Of a stretch of DNA of 64,000 nt, positions 27,846 through 37,340 are shown piece after piece. Each line of letters begins with the position of its first letter. Positions within the stretch are counted from its first letter, which is position 1. The DNA is from a virus. The notes beneath the pieces were generated by a model. It saw nothing but the letters and a program-made list of their open reading frames with translations, was not told the origin of the DNA and did no database searches. The position numbers and the translations under genes are program-made. The stretch is from IMG/VR virus record IMGVR_UViG_3300035698_010610, positions 1 to 64,000 of that record; one strand, 5' to 3'.

Positions 27846-28153
27846 AAGACTCTATCGACACGTTGATCGCCCAACTGCAACGACTGCGGGCTGAATTGGG
27901 CGATGCATTGCAGGCGCCGCCAGTCGTTGAGATAGAATGCGGGGCGATGCAGCAGGACGCTCCGGCGGCCGTGCAAGTCTCCCGTGCAGTGGACTTCGCC
28001 TACGCCGTCAAGCACACGGGCAACCTGAATGTGCTTTTCAAGCAAGCCAAGGGTGCGTGCCGCGTTCTCGCGAGGGCGTATCAATCGGAAACGAAGACGA
28101 CGGTGATTTGCAGGCACGCCGATCGCGTGCTACTTCAACGCCAGGGGGGATGA
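27839..28153 (+). CDS. hypothetical protein
   Basis: GGAGG RBS before MLKDSID. Confidence 0.55.
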   Translation: MLKDSIDTLIAQLQRLRAELGDALQAPPVVEIECGAMQQDAPAAVQVSRAVDFAYAVKHTGNLNVLFKQAKGACRVLARAYQSETKTTVICRHADRVLLQRQGG

Positions 28154-28791
28154 TTGTGCTGACAAAACTCCGTGACCGCATCATGCGTGCGGGAATGCGA
28201 TGGCGACTATACCGCTGGATCACGCACCGCGTCGTTCCGAAGATCCGGCTTTCGTGGGGATACACCGGAATGAGCGAGGCCGCATTCTGGGACGGCGAAT
28301 GGCATTGGCAACCCGGCGACATTATCCTGACGAGCGACCGGGCCAAACTGTCGACCAAGCTGATCCCCGGCACGTTCCCACATGCGATGCTTGCGGTCGG
28401 GAAAAAGCTCCCAGAACTCGGCGTCGGGCACGGCGGCTTCATCGCACAGATGACGAGCAAAGGCTATTCGGAAATCGGCTGGTACGAGACCTGCAAGGAG
28501 TCGGACCGCGTGCTGATCTGCCGGTGCCGCGACTGGGATTACAGGTACGTCACACGGGTCGTGGTGCCGACGTGCCGCAGCTTCGCCAACAAACAGTACG
28601 ACCTGGCTTTCGAGTTGACCCGGCAATCGCTGTACTGTTCGGAGTTGATTTATCAAGCGGACCCGGAGCGGCGGCTGCAACTGAACATGACCGACGTCCT
28701 CGGGATGCCGATGGTCCTGGCTGACGATCTGCTGGCGGCCGAGAATGTCGATGTTGTTTGGGATTCGCAATGGGTAGACAAAACACCGTGA
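28150..28791 (+). CDS. permuted papain-like amidase (YiiX/YebB, NlpC/P60 superfamily)
   Basis: QPGDIIL, FPHAML (His), YDLAF...LYCSELIYQA (Cys). Confidence 0.8.
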   Translation: MIVLTKLRDRIMRAGMRWRLYRWITHRVVPKIRLSWGYTGMSEAAFWDGEWHWQPGDIILTSDRAKLSTKLIPGTFPHAMLAVGKKLPELGVGHGGFIAQMTSKGYSEIGWYETCKESDRVLICRCRDWDYRYVTRVVVPTCRSFANKQYDLAFELTRQSLYCSELIYQADPERRLQLNMTDVLGMPMVLADDLLAAENVDVVWDSQWVDKTP

Positions 28792-28883
28792 TGACCCGCG
28801 CCTTTACGTTGCTCGCCACCGTGCTGCTCATCGCGGTAATCTTGCTGGTGGCGTTTGCATGGAATGACGACGTGTGGTGGTAA
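28791..28883 (+). CDS. 30-aa single-TM peptide
   Basis: MTRAFTLLATVLLIAVILLVAFAWNDDVWW; TGATG coupling to the amidase; below the ORF-track size cut-off. Confidence 0.45.
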   Translation: MTRAFTLLATVLLIAVILLVAFAWNDDVWW

Positions 28884-28909
28884 TAACCCATACAGACAGG
28901 AAGGCCGCA

Positions 28910-29296
28910 ATGGCATACCACGGATTCAGTTCAGACGAGATTCACGGCAAGGTAATTGCAGACCTGCGAGAGTACCTCGAATGCAATGGTGTCAGTTGCG
29001 CCTGCCTCGACAGCGAGAAGACACGCCCACTGTGGGAAACGATCCGCATAGCCTGCGAGGCGGCAGCGTTTCAGACAAACTGCAAGCTGGCGGAATATTG
29101 GCGAACGTCGATCAAGGCGAACGCCGACCTCGGCATCTTGACGCTCTCGCAGGGCGACAAGATCAACAGCCTCCAGGGGGAAATCGAAACCCTGCGGCAG
29201 GCCAACGAGAAATTGACCTCCGATCTCGACAAAGCGGGCAAAGCCCGCGACGACGCCTACCGGCTGCTTGAACAGGGGAGATGCCGTGGCGACTGA
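28910..29296 (+). CDS. coiled-coil hypothetical protein
   Basis: GGAAGG RBS; heptad repeats at the C-terminus. Confidence 0.55.
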   Translation: MAYHGFSSDEIHGKVIADLREYLECNGVSCACLDSEKTRPLWETIRIACEAAAFQTNCKLAEYWRTSIKANADLGILTLSQGDKINSLQGEIETLRQANEKLTSDLDKAGKARDDAYRLLEQGRCRGD

Positions 29297-29513
29297 CCGG
29301 CGATGGGATTACTTGCGGACCTGCAATCGCTGCAATGCAACGTACGGGGCCTTGGAGCGGCGGTGCCCGAGTTGCAACGCCCAGGAATTCCGCCTGCCTG
29401 CTACAACTCCCATTCCGGACCGCGCGGTGACGGACGGGGCTTGTCGCCACCTTGCTCCCCGAAAATCCGTTTCACCAACGGTGACACTTCCTTCCCCTGA
29501 CCCTCCTGACTGA
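29286..29513 (+). CDS. small zinc-ribbon protein
   Basis: CNRC...CPSC; overlaps the terminase 3' end convergently. Confidence 0.45.
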   Translation: MATDRRWDYLRTCNRCNATYGALERRCPSCNAQEFRLPATTPIPDRAVTDGACRHLAPRKSVSPTVTLPSPDPPD

Positions 29514-31074
29514 CAGCTATCGGCGAATCCCCCATCACGATAGGCCGGTCGATCCGTGGCGGCGGCGGCTTGACCGGGGCGACCATCGCCCAGTTGGCCA
29601 GCACCACGGCGTCGGCCCGGTCCGGAGAACGGCCGATCATCTCTTCGAGCGTTTGCGCCTTGCTGTTCTTCGTCTTCTTTTTCGGCGGCAACCACAGCTT
29701 GCCCCGTTCGTCGTACGCCAGCGGCAGCACGGTCAACTCGCCACGCAATTCGTACGAGTCCGGTGGAATGGCAAAGCATCGCGACCACGTTTCGTTGCCT
29801 TGCTCGTCGACCACTTTCGTCCACCGTTGCGGGTTCATTGTCTCCCGCATGCGGCCGTACATCTCGCACCGGCGGTTCAGGTAAACCTTCGGCTCGCGGG
29901 CACCTTCACCGAACCCGATTGCCCGGACGCGAAGCCCCTGGCGTTTCATCAGGTCGCTGTACTGCTTGCCCCCGGCCCCTCGGTCGAAGCAGACGTGTTT
30001 CGCTGGGATCTTGTACCGCCGCATCTTGTCGCGGGTGATGTCCGGAATGACGGACGTGTCCCGCGTTGACATCGCCTCCACGTCCACGATGCCGAATCGG
30101 TCAATAACCGCCCAGCAGGTCAAGTCCCGCCCACCCTCCGCAACGTCAACGCCCATGAAGTACGGTCCGCGATCCAACCCGATCACGGTTTGCCACAACT
30201 CCTCGGCCGCGTCGAGCCAAGCAGGAGGGAACATCAGATACTCCCGCCCTTCGTAGAACTGGCCGTGCAGACGCATCGCCTTTTTGATCGGGTCGAGCGT
30301 CAGCTCGTAGTGCTTGTATCGCTCCCATGTCATCACCCCAGGAATCTCGCGCGGGGGTGAACCTGTGCGGCCTTGCTCTGCCCACCAGCGGCCAATCTTG
30401 ACGTTCGGGCTATCATCACCGCTGATATGCAAAACCTTGCGGGAGAACTGGCCCACGTTGTACGGATGCGGGACATCGCCAGCTTTGCAGTGCCGGTAAT
30501 ACCATCCGCTTGCCGACAACGGGTTGCTGACCGCAAGCAGCCTCTGCGCCTGTGACACGGCGGCGTCATAGTATTCATCAGGGACCGCTGACGCTTCGTC
30601 GAAAATAAACAGAACACGGGGAAGGGCCTCAGTCGCCGGAAGGTGATGCCCCTGGAAATTCTCCACGGTGTTCGTGACCAGCCCGACGACGTAGTGTTCT
30701 TCGTACGGCCGGTTTCGCTCCGGGTCCATGACCTGCATCTTGAGCGTTTGCAGATGGACGCCGAGGTCGTACTTGGCGGACCGGACAAGCTGGCCGATCT
30801 CTGCCCAGAGAATGCCCGCCAGTTGCGTGTTGCTGGACGACGATGTGACGACCCGGGCTGGGAAGCGAGTGCAAAAGAACCATAGCACGATCAGGGCCGC
30901 CGCCCGGGTCTTGCCCGTTTCATGTGCAGCGTGGCAATATGTCTCCACGTTGTCGTGAACGGACTCAATGATCTCGGCCTGTTTGTCGTAGACCCGCATC
31001 GCCGGCCAGAAGTGCGAAATGAACGCGAGCGGGTCATCTACCCACCCTGCCAGCAGTTGGGCCTCATCCGGCAT
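29401..31074 (-). CDS. terL: terminase large subunit
   Basis: Walker A AHETGKT, Walker B FIFDEAS, nuclease MGVDVAEGGRD and SPDRADA. Confidence 0.92.
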   Translation of the reverse strand: MPDEAQLLAGWVDDPLAFISHFWPAMRVYDKQAEIIESVHDNVETYCHAAHETGKTRAAALIVLWFFCTRFPARVVTSSSSNTQLAGILWAEIGQLVRSAKYDLGVHLQTLKMQVMDPERNRPYEEHYVVGLVTNTVENFQGHHLPATEALPRVLFIFDEASAVPDEYYDAAVSQAQRLLAVSNPLSASGWYYRHCKAGDVPHPYNVGQFSRKVLHISGDDSPNVKIGRWWAEQGRTGSPPREIPGVMTWERYKHYELTLDPIKKAMRLHGQFYEGREYLMFPPAWLDAAEELWQTVIGLDRGPYFMGVDVAEGGRDLTCWAVIDRFGIVDVEAMSTRDTSVIPDITRDKMRRYKIPAKHVCFDRGAGGKQYSDLMKRQGLRVRAIGFGEGAREPKVYLNRRCEMYGRMRETMNPQRWTKVVDEQGNETWSRCFAIPPDSYELRGELTVLPLAYDERGKLWLPPKKKTKNSKAQTLEEMIGRSPDRADAVVLANWAMVAPVKPPPPRIDRPIVMGDSPIAVSQEGQGKEVSPLVKRIFGEQGGDKPRPSPRGPEWEL

Positions 31075-31360
31075 GCTCGGCCTTCCATATTCCCGCCCGG
31101 CATCCCCAACACGGCCAGCCGGTCGGCGGCATCGTATTGCACAGGACGCCGCAGCGTGGGCACTTCTCGGTTTTCTCCAACTCAACGGACAGATCCCTGA
31201 TCGGCGGCGCGTACAGGGTAACAATTGTGTACTGCCCGTCGAGAACGGCTGCGATCATTTTCCGGGGCACGCCCAACGACGTCGCGATCTTCGCCCAGGG
31301 CATTCGGGTTGCTACCTTGGACTTGATCGCCGCGACGATTTCAGGTGACAATTCCAGCAT
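31064..31360 (-). CDS. HTH plus zinc-finger protein
   Basis: WAKIATSLGVPRKMI; CPRCG...CWGC. Confidence 0.6.
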   Translation of the reverse strand: MLELSPEIVAAIKSKVATRMPWAKIATSLGVPRKMIAAVLDGQYTIVTLYAPPIRDLSVELEKTEKCPRCGVLCNTMPPTGWPCWGCRAGIWKAEHAG

Positions 31361-31378
31361 AGCGGCTTACTGCGATTA

Positions 31379-32350
31379 CTAGGGGTCTGTTGTAGGAGTG
31401 GCGTCTTCAAGTATCTTCCGCATCACATCGGACTTCACTTCCGCTACTTGCCGAACCGTTACCTTCGTGCTGAATTTCCCTCGCCCATTCTCTATGGCCT
31501 TCCAGTCAATATCTTCGCGGCGCTTGAGCGGCGTGTCGAATTGCCGCCACTGGTTTTTCACGCAGTGCGCTGGGCGACCGTACCGCCGCTCTGTCGTGAC
31601 AATCCCAGGCCACATCCGCTCTAACGCCCTCGACATTTTCGCGCGGCCGTCGCCTTGATACAAGTCGTCCGTGTTCCCGCCTTTCAGCGACATCGTTTTG
31701 GCTTTCGTTGCCATGAACGCATTCAGCAATACCGTACACCACCCGTCCGACAACACCTGCAAGCAAATGTCCGTGTCGTCGTTGTACGCCAACCGCCAGC
31801 GGTGCGGGATTTCGTTCAAGATCAGCGAGCAAGAATACACATGGACATTCAGGTAGAAGGGCGGGACGTTTATCCCTGGAACGCAGAACATCTCGTAGTT
31901 GAGGCCAGCGATTGCAACATTCTCATACCTGTCGACGAATTCTTCGCACGCCCGCAAAGCCAAAGACGGCTCGCATGGGATGCGGTTCTTCTTGTACCAC
32001 ATTCGGAACATGCGAATGTTGTCGTCCAATTGCCAGTGCCGCTTTTCGCCGCGGGCAAGCGACCGCTCTTTGATCCAGTTGCGGACAGCGATCAACCCGC
32101 CGTTTTCGATCTCGCGCTCTTCGCAAAACGCTTTGCGGGTTGCGTCGTTGCCAACCCACGGCAGCACAAGTAGCTCCCCGTAGTCAATATCGTCGACCCA
32201 TTTCCGATAGAGTTCAACCTCCGGTTCTTCGACGACAATCACAAACGGCGTGCGGTATTTGCGCATCGTCTTGATCGTCAACGCACTCTTCGCCCGCCCC
32301 TTCGTTGGAACGTAGACCGGGTATCTTGTTGCGGGGGTGCTGCTAGCCAT
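31379..32350 (-). CDS. GT-A fold glycosyltransferase (TET-associated/GREB1-like)
   Basis: VYVPTKGR, RNWIKE, HWQLDDNI, NDDTDICLQ, GGNTD. Confidence 0.75.
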   Translation of the reverse strand: MASSTPATRYPVYVPTKGRAKSALTIKTMRKYRTPFVIVVEEPEVELYRKWVDDIDYGELLVLPWVGNDATRKAFCEEREIENGGLIAVRNWIKERSLARGEKRHWQLDDNIRMFRMWYKKNRIPCEPSLALRACEEFVDRYENVAIAGLNYEMFCVPGINVPPFYLNVHVYSCSLILNEIPHRWRLAYNDDTDICLQVLSDGWCTVLLNAFMATKAKTMSLKGGNTDDLYQGDGRAKMSRALERMWPGIVTTERRYGRPAHCVKNQWRQFDTPLKRREDIDWKAIENGRGKFSTKVTVRQVAEVKSDVMRKILEDATPTTDP

Positions 32351-32352
32351 TA

Positions 32353-33033
32353 CTACCCCTCCTCGATTACAAGCGAAGCGGGGTCGCGGCGATCCCTCGG
32401 CGGCCACCAGCACGACATGATTTTCCCGAAGTTCTTCTGGACCTTGAGGCCCTTGGCCTTCGCGTAAGCATCACGGGCCTCCCTGGAGTCGAAGCTGATG
32501 AGAATTTGCGATTTCGATTTCTCCGCTGGATCGTAGTCGGGCATTCCCACCCATTCCGCTGCTTCATCGAAGCCCCCCACTTCGCTCGACGGGCGAGTGT
32601 TCATCACAAGGCCCGCAAGCATCTGCTCGTCAAACCCTGTGCCGAGCAACCCTATGTCGTCGACGTTCATAATTTCCTTCAGCAGGTCCGTCAATGCGCG
32701 GTCGTCAACCTCTGCCAACCGCCCGACCTCATTGTCGCCAGCAAGCAGCTTTAACGCCTTCGGGTCTTCTGGCCCAATTGCTAGCCGAACGGCATAGACT
32801 CCCTTCCATTCCAACTTGGTAGCCGCCGCCACAACGCCGTGGCCCGCGAGGATTGTCCCGTCGTTCGCAATTGCCACGTTGCGGTACTGCCCGTGCTCTT
32901 GCAGGCTTGCCACTAGATGCTCAAGCTGGTCTTCAGGATGGCCCCTGTAGTTCTTGGGGTGGGGCTTTAGCTCTGTCAGCAAAACGAATTCCGGTTCAAA
33001 CGGCCCGGCTGTTTCGGTGCCCATGCAACTCAT
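32353..33033 (-). CDS. ParB N-terminal domain protein
   Basis: LKPHPKNYRGH, ILAGHG, LAGDN. Confidence 0.85.
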   Translation of the reverse strand: MSCMGTETAGPFEPEFVLLTELKPHPKNYRGHPEDQLEHLVASLQEHGQYRNVAIANDGTILAGHGVVAAATKLEWKGVYAVRLAIGPEDPKALKLLAGDNEVGRLAEVDDRALTDLLKEIMNVDDIGLLGTGFDEQMLAGLVMNTRPSSEVGGFDEAAEWVGMPDYDPAEKSKSQILISFDSREARDAYAKAKGLKVQKNFGKIMSCWWPPRDRRDPASLVIEEG

Positions 33034-33164
33034 CCTTTGTAATTGCGTCGCTCGCAGGCCATCCGCTTTCGCGACTTATTCCTTTTGCGCCCGGCCTTGC
33101 GATGACCTTCCCGCTTCCGGCGACGCTTCATCAGCACGGCCCTTCAGGTGGGGTACATTCCATC

Positions 33165-33389
33165 TCACTCCTCCTCGGGGACCGGTCCGAACAAGCTGAC
33201 AAGTCGGCCGAGATATTCGGCTCTCTCTATGTCCGCCGCCCCTTTGATTGCGCTGCCTTTCGGTCGCCGACTTGCCCACTGATTCACGAACGGAAGCAGG
33301 GCAGCCAAGGCGTCGCTCGGCGTGAGAAAGAACCGCTCGACGTGCGACCCATTGAACATCACGGACCACAGGTGCCGTTCTCTGTCCAT
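33165..33389 (-). CDS. hypothetical protein
   Basis: GGGGGAG RBS before MDRERH. Confidence 0.5.
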   Translation of the reverse strand: MDRERHLWSVMFNGSHVERFFLTPSDALAALLPFVNQWASRRPKGSAIKGAADIERAEYLGRLVSLFGPVPEEE

Positions 33390-33390
33390 C

Positions 33391-33624
33391 TTACTCCCCC
33401 TCGACCGCTTCGACGAACTCGCGCAGATTGACCGCTTCGCCGAGGTGCTTGGTTTCGACCACATCGGCCCAGCCGCCGGACCCGGTCGTCACTGCGTGCA
33501 AGGTCTTCGCCCATTCAGCGATGGCGAGTTGCAATACGCCGATACCATCGCCGGGGACGACGAAAATGTTGGCGTGCGGCGACCCCTTGAAGATCACCGC
33601 CCATGCGTGGCTCTTGCCCATCAT
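33391..33624 (-). CDS. hypothetical protein
   Basis: coupled ORF with AGGAG RBS. Confidence 0.5.
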   Translation of the reverse strand: MMGKSHAWAVIFKGSPHANIFVVPGDGIGVLQLAIAEWAKTLHAVTTGSGGWADVVETKHLGEAVNLREFVEAVEGE

Positions 33625-33956
33625 TCAACTCCTAATGCCTTAAAAGCCCTAGTTGCCATCCAGCGGTAAACCGCCCGACGCAACCGCCACCTTGAACGCA
33701 ACGGCACCCACGCATCGATGGCACTGACGCGGAGGCGGACGCCAGGACGGAACGACCACCACCGCGTGTCGAGGCAAACAGTAATCTCGGCCTCGCCGAT
33801 GTTGTCCTTCCGTTCCCGAAAAAGCGCGTTGTCGCCGCCGCCGCCAGTGTAGCCGCAGTCGCCGATCACCCGCCACTCCTCGCCTTTGGTTTCAAGCGAG
33901 TCGGCAACGTACTCCGCCAGCCACCACTGTTGATGCCGTGTCTTCAGAATTCCCAC
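33621..33956 (-). CDS. hypothetical protein
   Basis: GAGG RBS, GTG start. Confidence 0.5.
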   Translation of the reverse strand: MGILKTRHQQWWLAEYVADSLETKGEEWRVIGDCGYTGGGGDNALFRERKDNIGEAEITVCLDTRWWSFRPGVRLRVSAIDAWVPLRSRWRLRRAVYRWMATRAFKALGVE

Positions 33957-33972
33957 ACCAGCACCTCGCTTT

Positions 33973-34254
33973 TCACTGAGGGTCGGGGTTGCGGGCCGGC
34001 GGATCGTGCGGGCCGCCCGTAGGCTTCGGCGTTGTCTCGCGGCGGGTGTCCTGCGACACCAGCACTAACTGCTCGGAGTCGAAGGTCTGTGAATTGACCG
34101 GCTTGCCATCATGCATAGCCGTCGGGGCCAACGTCAACCGGAAGCAGCCGTTGAGCCATTCCGTCACCGCGACCACCGTGCCCTCGAACCCGCTGATTCG
34201 ATCCTTGCAAACGTCGCCGAGCGTCGCGTCACACCGTTTCCACTTAGTCGCCAT
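33973..34254 (-). CDS. small SH3/KOW-like hypothetical protein
   Basis: LGDVCKDRISGFEGTVVAVTEWLNGC. Confidence 0.6.
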   Translation of the reverse strand: MATKWKRCDATLGDVCKDRISGFEGTVVAVTEWLNGCFRLTLAPTAMHDGKPVNSQTFDSEQLVLVSQDTRRETTPKPTGGPHDPPARNPDPQ

Positions 34255-34256
34255 CG

Positions 34257-34772
34257 TTACTCCTCATCGTTCGAGTTCTTGCCTTGCGACGACTCCCAGC
34301 CGACGCCACGGACGAAACGATACCAATATTCCCCAGCACTATCAATCACCGGACGCCCGACGGCTTGAAACCCGCACGCCCGGAAGAACAGTTGCGCACC
34401 GAGCCACTGCTCGCAGACCAGAGCTGACAGGGGCTTCAGGGTATAATCCTGCATGGCGTTGAGGACCGTGCTGCCAATTCCGCGACCGTGACAGCCGGGG
34501 GCAACGCCGATCCGCCGAACCCGGGCGATCCGTTTGTACCGCCTGATAAATGCGTACGACGTGACGTGGTGCGTAAGCTCCGACCACCCGATGAAGACGA
34601 ACACTCCCTTCATGCACGACAGGGCCTTGATCTGTTTCGCAGTCAACCGGTATTCGCCAAACAGCGTTTCGTCCATGTGGGCGATCTCAGGCAGCGCCCG
34701 CTGGAGTTCCTCACCGCTGCCGATCTCGCCCGATACGTCAACGTCAGCCTTGCGTCGTCGTGCTGCTGCCAT
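34257..34772 (-). CDS. GNAT acetyltransferase (RimI-like)
   Basis: RIGVAPGCHGRGIGSTV (motif A); AQLFFRACGF. Confidence 0.8.
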   Translation of the reverse strand: MAAARRRKADVDVSGEIGSGEELQRALPEIAHMDETLFGEYRLTAKQIKALSCMKGVFVFIGWSELTHHVTSYAFIRRYKRIARVRRIGVAPGCHGRGIGSTVLNAMQDYTLKPLSALVCEQWLGAQLFFRACGFQAVGRPVIDSAGEYWYRFVRGVGWESSQGKNSNDEE

Positions 34773-34808
34773 GCGGGAACGGCGCGGGCGAGCCCCCTCT
34801 CGGTTGCA

Positions 34809-35459
34809 TCAAGCCGAGGGCTCGCCGTTGCCGCCTTCCTTTCCGTTGGAGCCGTTGGAACTGTTGGAGCCGCCGGAGCCGTTGGAGTCGGACTTCTCCC
34901 CGTTGCCTTCTCCGCTGCTTTCTCCGTTACTTTCGATGCCGTACTTCCCGGCGAGGTAGTCGTCGTCCACAACCGTCGTGCGGCGGCCTTCCTCAACCTG
35001 CCGGACGATCTGAGCGAGACCGACCGGCTGGCGACCACCCACCGCCACGTTGTTGCCGATCCCCACGTTGATCTGCGTGCCGCAATTGATCCCCGACAAG
35101 TGCTCGAACATCCGCATCAGGGCTCGACTAGCACCGTTGCGGGACCTGGCGTCGTAGCAGAAATCAATGATCGGCTTGTTCTCTGAATCGAATAGCAGGT
35201 CGCCGTGTTTGTCCCTGGCCTGCTGGCGGCGGCCGACAATTTCCATCAGGAACGTCGGCAGCTTGGTCATCACGTCCGGCGGTAGTTCCCACCCCTCAGA
35301 AACCGCTTTGGCGATCATCTGGAGGTGCTGACGGCGGTGATGCTCGTCGATGCCGATGGGGTCGGGTGGTGCGGGGCCTTCCTCCGGGACGACACCCTGA
35401 CCCTCTGAGCCAGGGAGCGAGTCGGACGGTTGTTTAGCCTCGTCGTCGGGAGATGGCAC
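34809..35459 (-). CDS. candidate terminase small subunit
   Basis: first gene of the operon ending in terL; helical core with disordered ends; assignment from position. Confidence 0.4.
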   Translation of the reverse strand: MPSPDDEAKQPSDSLPGSEGQGVVPEEGPAPPDPIGIDEHHRRQHLQMIAKAVSEGWELPPDVMTKLPTFLMEIVGRRQQARDKHGDLLFDSENKPIIDFCYDARSRNGASRALMRMFEHLSGINCGTQINVGIGNNVAVGGRQPVGLAQIVRQVEEGRRTTVVDDDYLAGKYGIESNGESSGEGNGEKSDSNGSGGSNSSNGSNGKEGGNGEPSA

Positions 35460-35613
35460 GGCGATGCCTCCGGGCCGGTGGAACGCAGGCGATGCTGACC
35501 GCCTACTGCGGGCACGGTATCACGGGGCCGGCGATGCGTCAAGCGAGGTCATCCCGCTACGGGGTGGCGTCGGTCCCGGTGTCGCGGTATCGTGTCCGAA
35601 AGGAGGGGCGGTA

Positions 35614-35913
35614 ATGGCGGGACGGAAATGTCGCAAGACGATGGCAGAAAAACACTCGCAAGGGCTAGCCGGGCACCCGCTGTTAGTGTTAGCGCGGGCG
35701 GTGCGTCGGGCCGGTGACGCGGACCGCGAAGCTAGCCTGCATGTGGAGTCTGAACCGACCGCAATGTCGATCCTGCGTGGGAGCATCGAAGAGGCTGCTT
35801 GTGCGTTGGACGAACTGACAGCATTGCTCAATGCCGGAGTATACGATACGGTCCACAGTCACGGGCGAATGCCAGGCGATGATTACGCGGCGGCACGCCC
35901 ACATAAATACTAG
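35614..35913 (+). CDS. hypothetical protein
   Basis: AGGAGG RBS before MAGRK. Confidence 0.5.
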   Translation: MAGRKCRKTMAEKHSQGLAGHPLLVLARAVRRAGDADREASLHVESEPTAMSILRGSIEEAACALDELTALLNAGVYDTVHSHGRMPGDDYAAARPHKY

Positions 35914-35926
35914 CCGAGGAGAAGCG

Positions 35927-36553
35927 ATGACGGCCGGGAAATTGACCATCAAGACGGCGAAACTTGGATCGCTCGTGCCAGCCCCCTACAATACGAGGCT
36001 GCACAACGAAGCAAACCTCTCAGCGACCCGCGCCAGCCTTGAGCGGTTCGGGCAAGTGGAACCGCTCGTCACGAGGGAATTGGAGAACGGCACGTACGAA
36101 GTCGTCGGGGGTAACGGGCGGCTTGAGGCCATGCAGTCGCTGGAGTGGGACGTGGCGAAAATCGTGGTGGTCGAGTTGACCGACCCCGAAGCCAAAGCGT
36201 TGTCGATCGCGCTGAACCGCACCGCCGAACTGGCGACGTGGGATGAATCGGCCCTTTTTCTCCAGATCACGGAAATGATTGGGGAGGGGGTGCCGTCCGA
36301 AGACCTCGGCTGGAGCGACGGCGACGTTGAGGCCCTCGCGGCGTCCGTAGACAACCCGCCCGACACGAGCGAGAACGTGGACCCGGACCCGGACACCCCG
36401 AAGGCGAAGCAGGGGAGGCCGATCAACATGACCGTCGAGCAGCGGCAAATCTTCGATCAGGCCGTGCTCAAATTGCGTCAAGTTGAGAATGAAGAATGGA
36501 CTGAGGGCAAGTGCGTCGAGATGGTTTGCGCCGACTGGCTCTCGGGCCACTAG
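35927..36553 (+). CDS. ParB N-terminal domain protein
   Basis: LVPAPYNTRLH, FGQVEPLV, VVGGNGRL, IALNR. Confidence 0.85.
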   Translation: MTAGKLTIKTAKLGSLVPAPYNTRLHNEANLSATRASLERFGQVEPLVTRELENGTYEVVGGNGRLEAMQSLEWDVAKIVVVELTDPEAKALSIALNRTAELATWDESALFLQITEMIGEGVPSEDLGWSDGDVEALAASVDNPPDTSENVDPDPDTPKAKQGRPINMTVEQRQIFDQAVLKLRQVENEEWTEGKCVEMVCADWLSGH

Positions 36554-36831
36554 CTCGCTTTTGCGGCAGCCCACAGCCGCAACAATTTCACTGCACTGAG
36601 TCCAACCGCGCACCCCATTGCTGACAGCGTGGGGAACCGGGGGACCTTCCCCGCTTCTACATCGCTCCACAGCCCCTGACTCACCCCCGCCTTTTTGGCG
36701 GCTGCCGACTGAGTCAACCCAATGCGGTTGCGGGCGCTGCGGATCGATGCACCGATTGCCGAGATCGTCGGGCGGGTCAACGGCGCACCGCGTCGCCTCT
36801 GCTTCACTGGCCTTCGCTGCTTGGTCGTCAT
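36550..36831 (-). CDS. XRE-family HTH regulator
   Basis: IRSARNRIGLTQSAAAKKAGVSQGLWSDVEAGK. Confidence 0.85.
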   Translation of the reverse strand: MTTKQRRPVKQRRRGAPLTRPTISAIGASIRSARNRIGLTQSAAAKKAGVSQGLWSDVEAGKVPRFPTLSAMGCAVGLSAVKLLRLWAAAKAS

Positions 36832-37205
36832 CGGTGCTGTCCTTGTGGTGCCGGGTAGCTCAGACCAATTGTATCCGGGCAGCCGCTGCTCAGGCTACCC
36901 CCATTCAACAGAAGCCCCGGACCTCCTGGCTTTCCGGGCCGTAGTGAAATTCCGTAATCCATTATACCCTCCACACCTCCCGCTCCAACTGCCAATTTTC
37001 AGTGTGGGGTTTTCGGCCCCGATTTTCTGCATCATTCCATGCGGCTAGGAGTGCTGGCTTTCGCGTGGAACCCCGCAGGGAGCCCTGGAGGCGGGCCAAC
37101 AAGCACCGGCGGTCTTGTCAGTTTTCTTTTCTATGCCCCGTGCTTTTCCCCCTTCAGGGGTACGATTTCCCGGCTTTCTCGGATATTTTCCGGGAAATTC
37201 AACTT

Positions 37206-37250
37206 TTGACGGGTTTACATATTCCATTTTATCTCAAAACGAGATAATCT
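37206..37250 (+). promoter_or_regulatory. AT-rich early promoter region with palindromic operator
   Basis: TTGACG and TTTACA, GATAAT/TAATCT; TTATCTC-N5-GAGATAA at 37229-37247. Confidence 0.6.
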
Positions 37251-37276
37251 AGTCATAGTCAATGTGACTGACAACC

Positions 37277-37290
37277 TGCTCTTTGACAAC
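37277..37290 (+). promoter_or_regulatory. boxA-like antitermination element
   Basis: TGCTCTTTGACAAC versus rrn boxA TGCTCTTTAACA. Confidence 0.6.
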
Positions 37291-37340
37291 TCGAACGGCA
37301 CCGGCCAAGACAGCCTTCTGCAATCTGGCCCCTGACCAAA

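Noticed and set aside
29401-31074. Possible intein or intron in terminase
   Set aside because: Motifs are contiguous, the length is normal and there are no Hint blocks.
34840-34890. GCCGTTGGA repeats
   Set aside because: Encode the low-complexity SNG tail of the protein.
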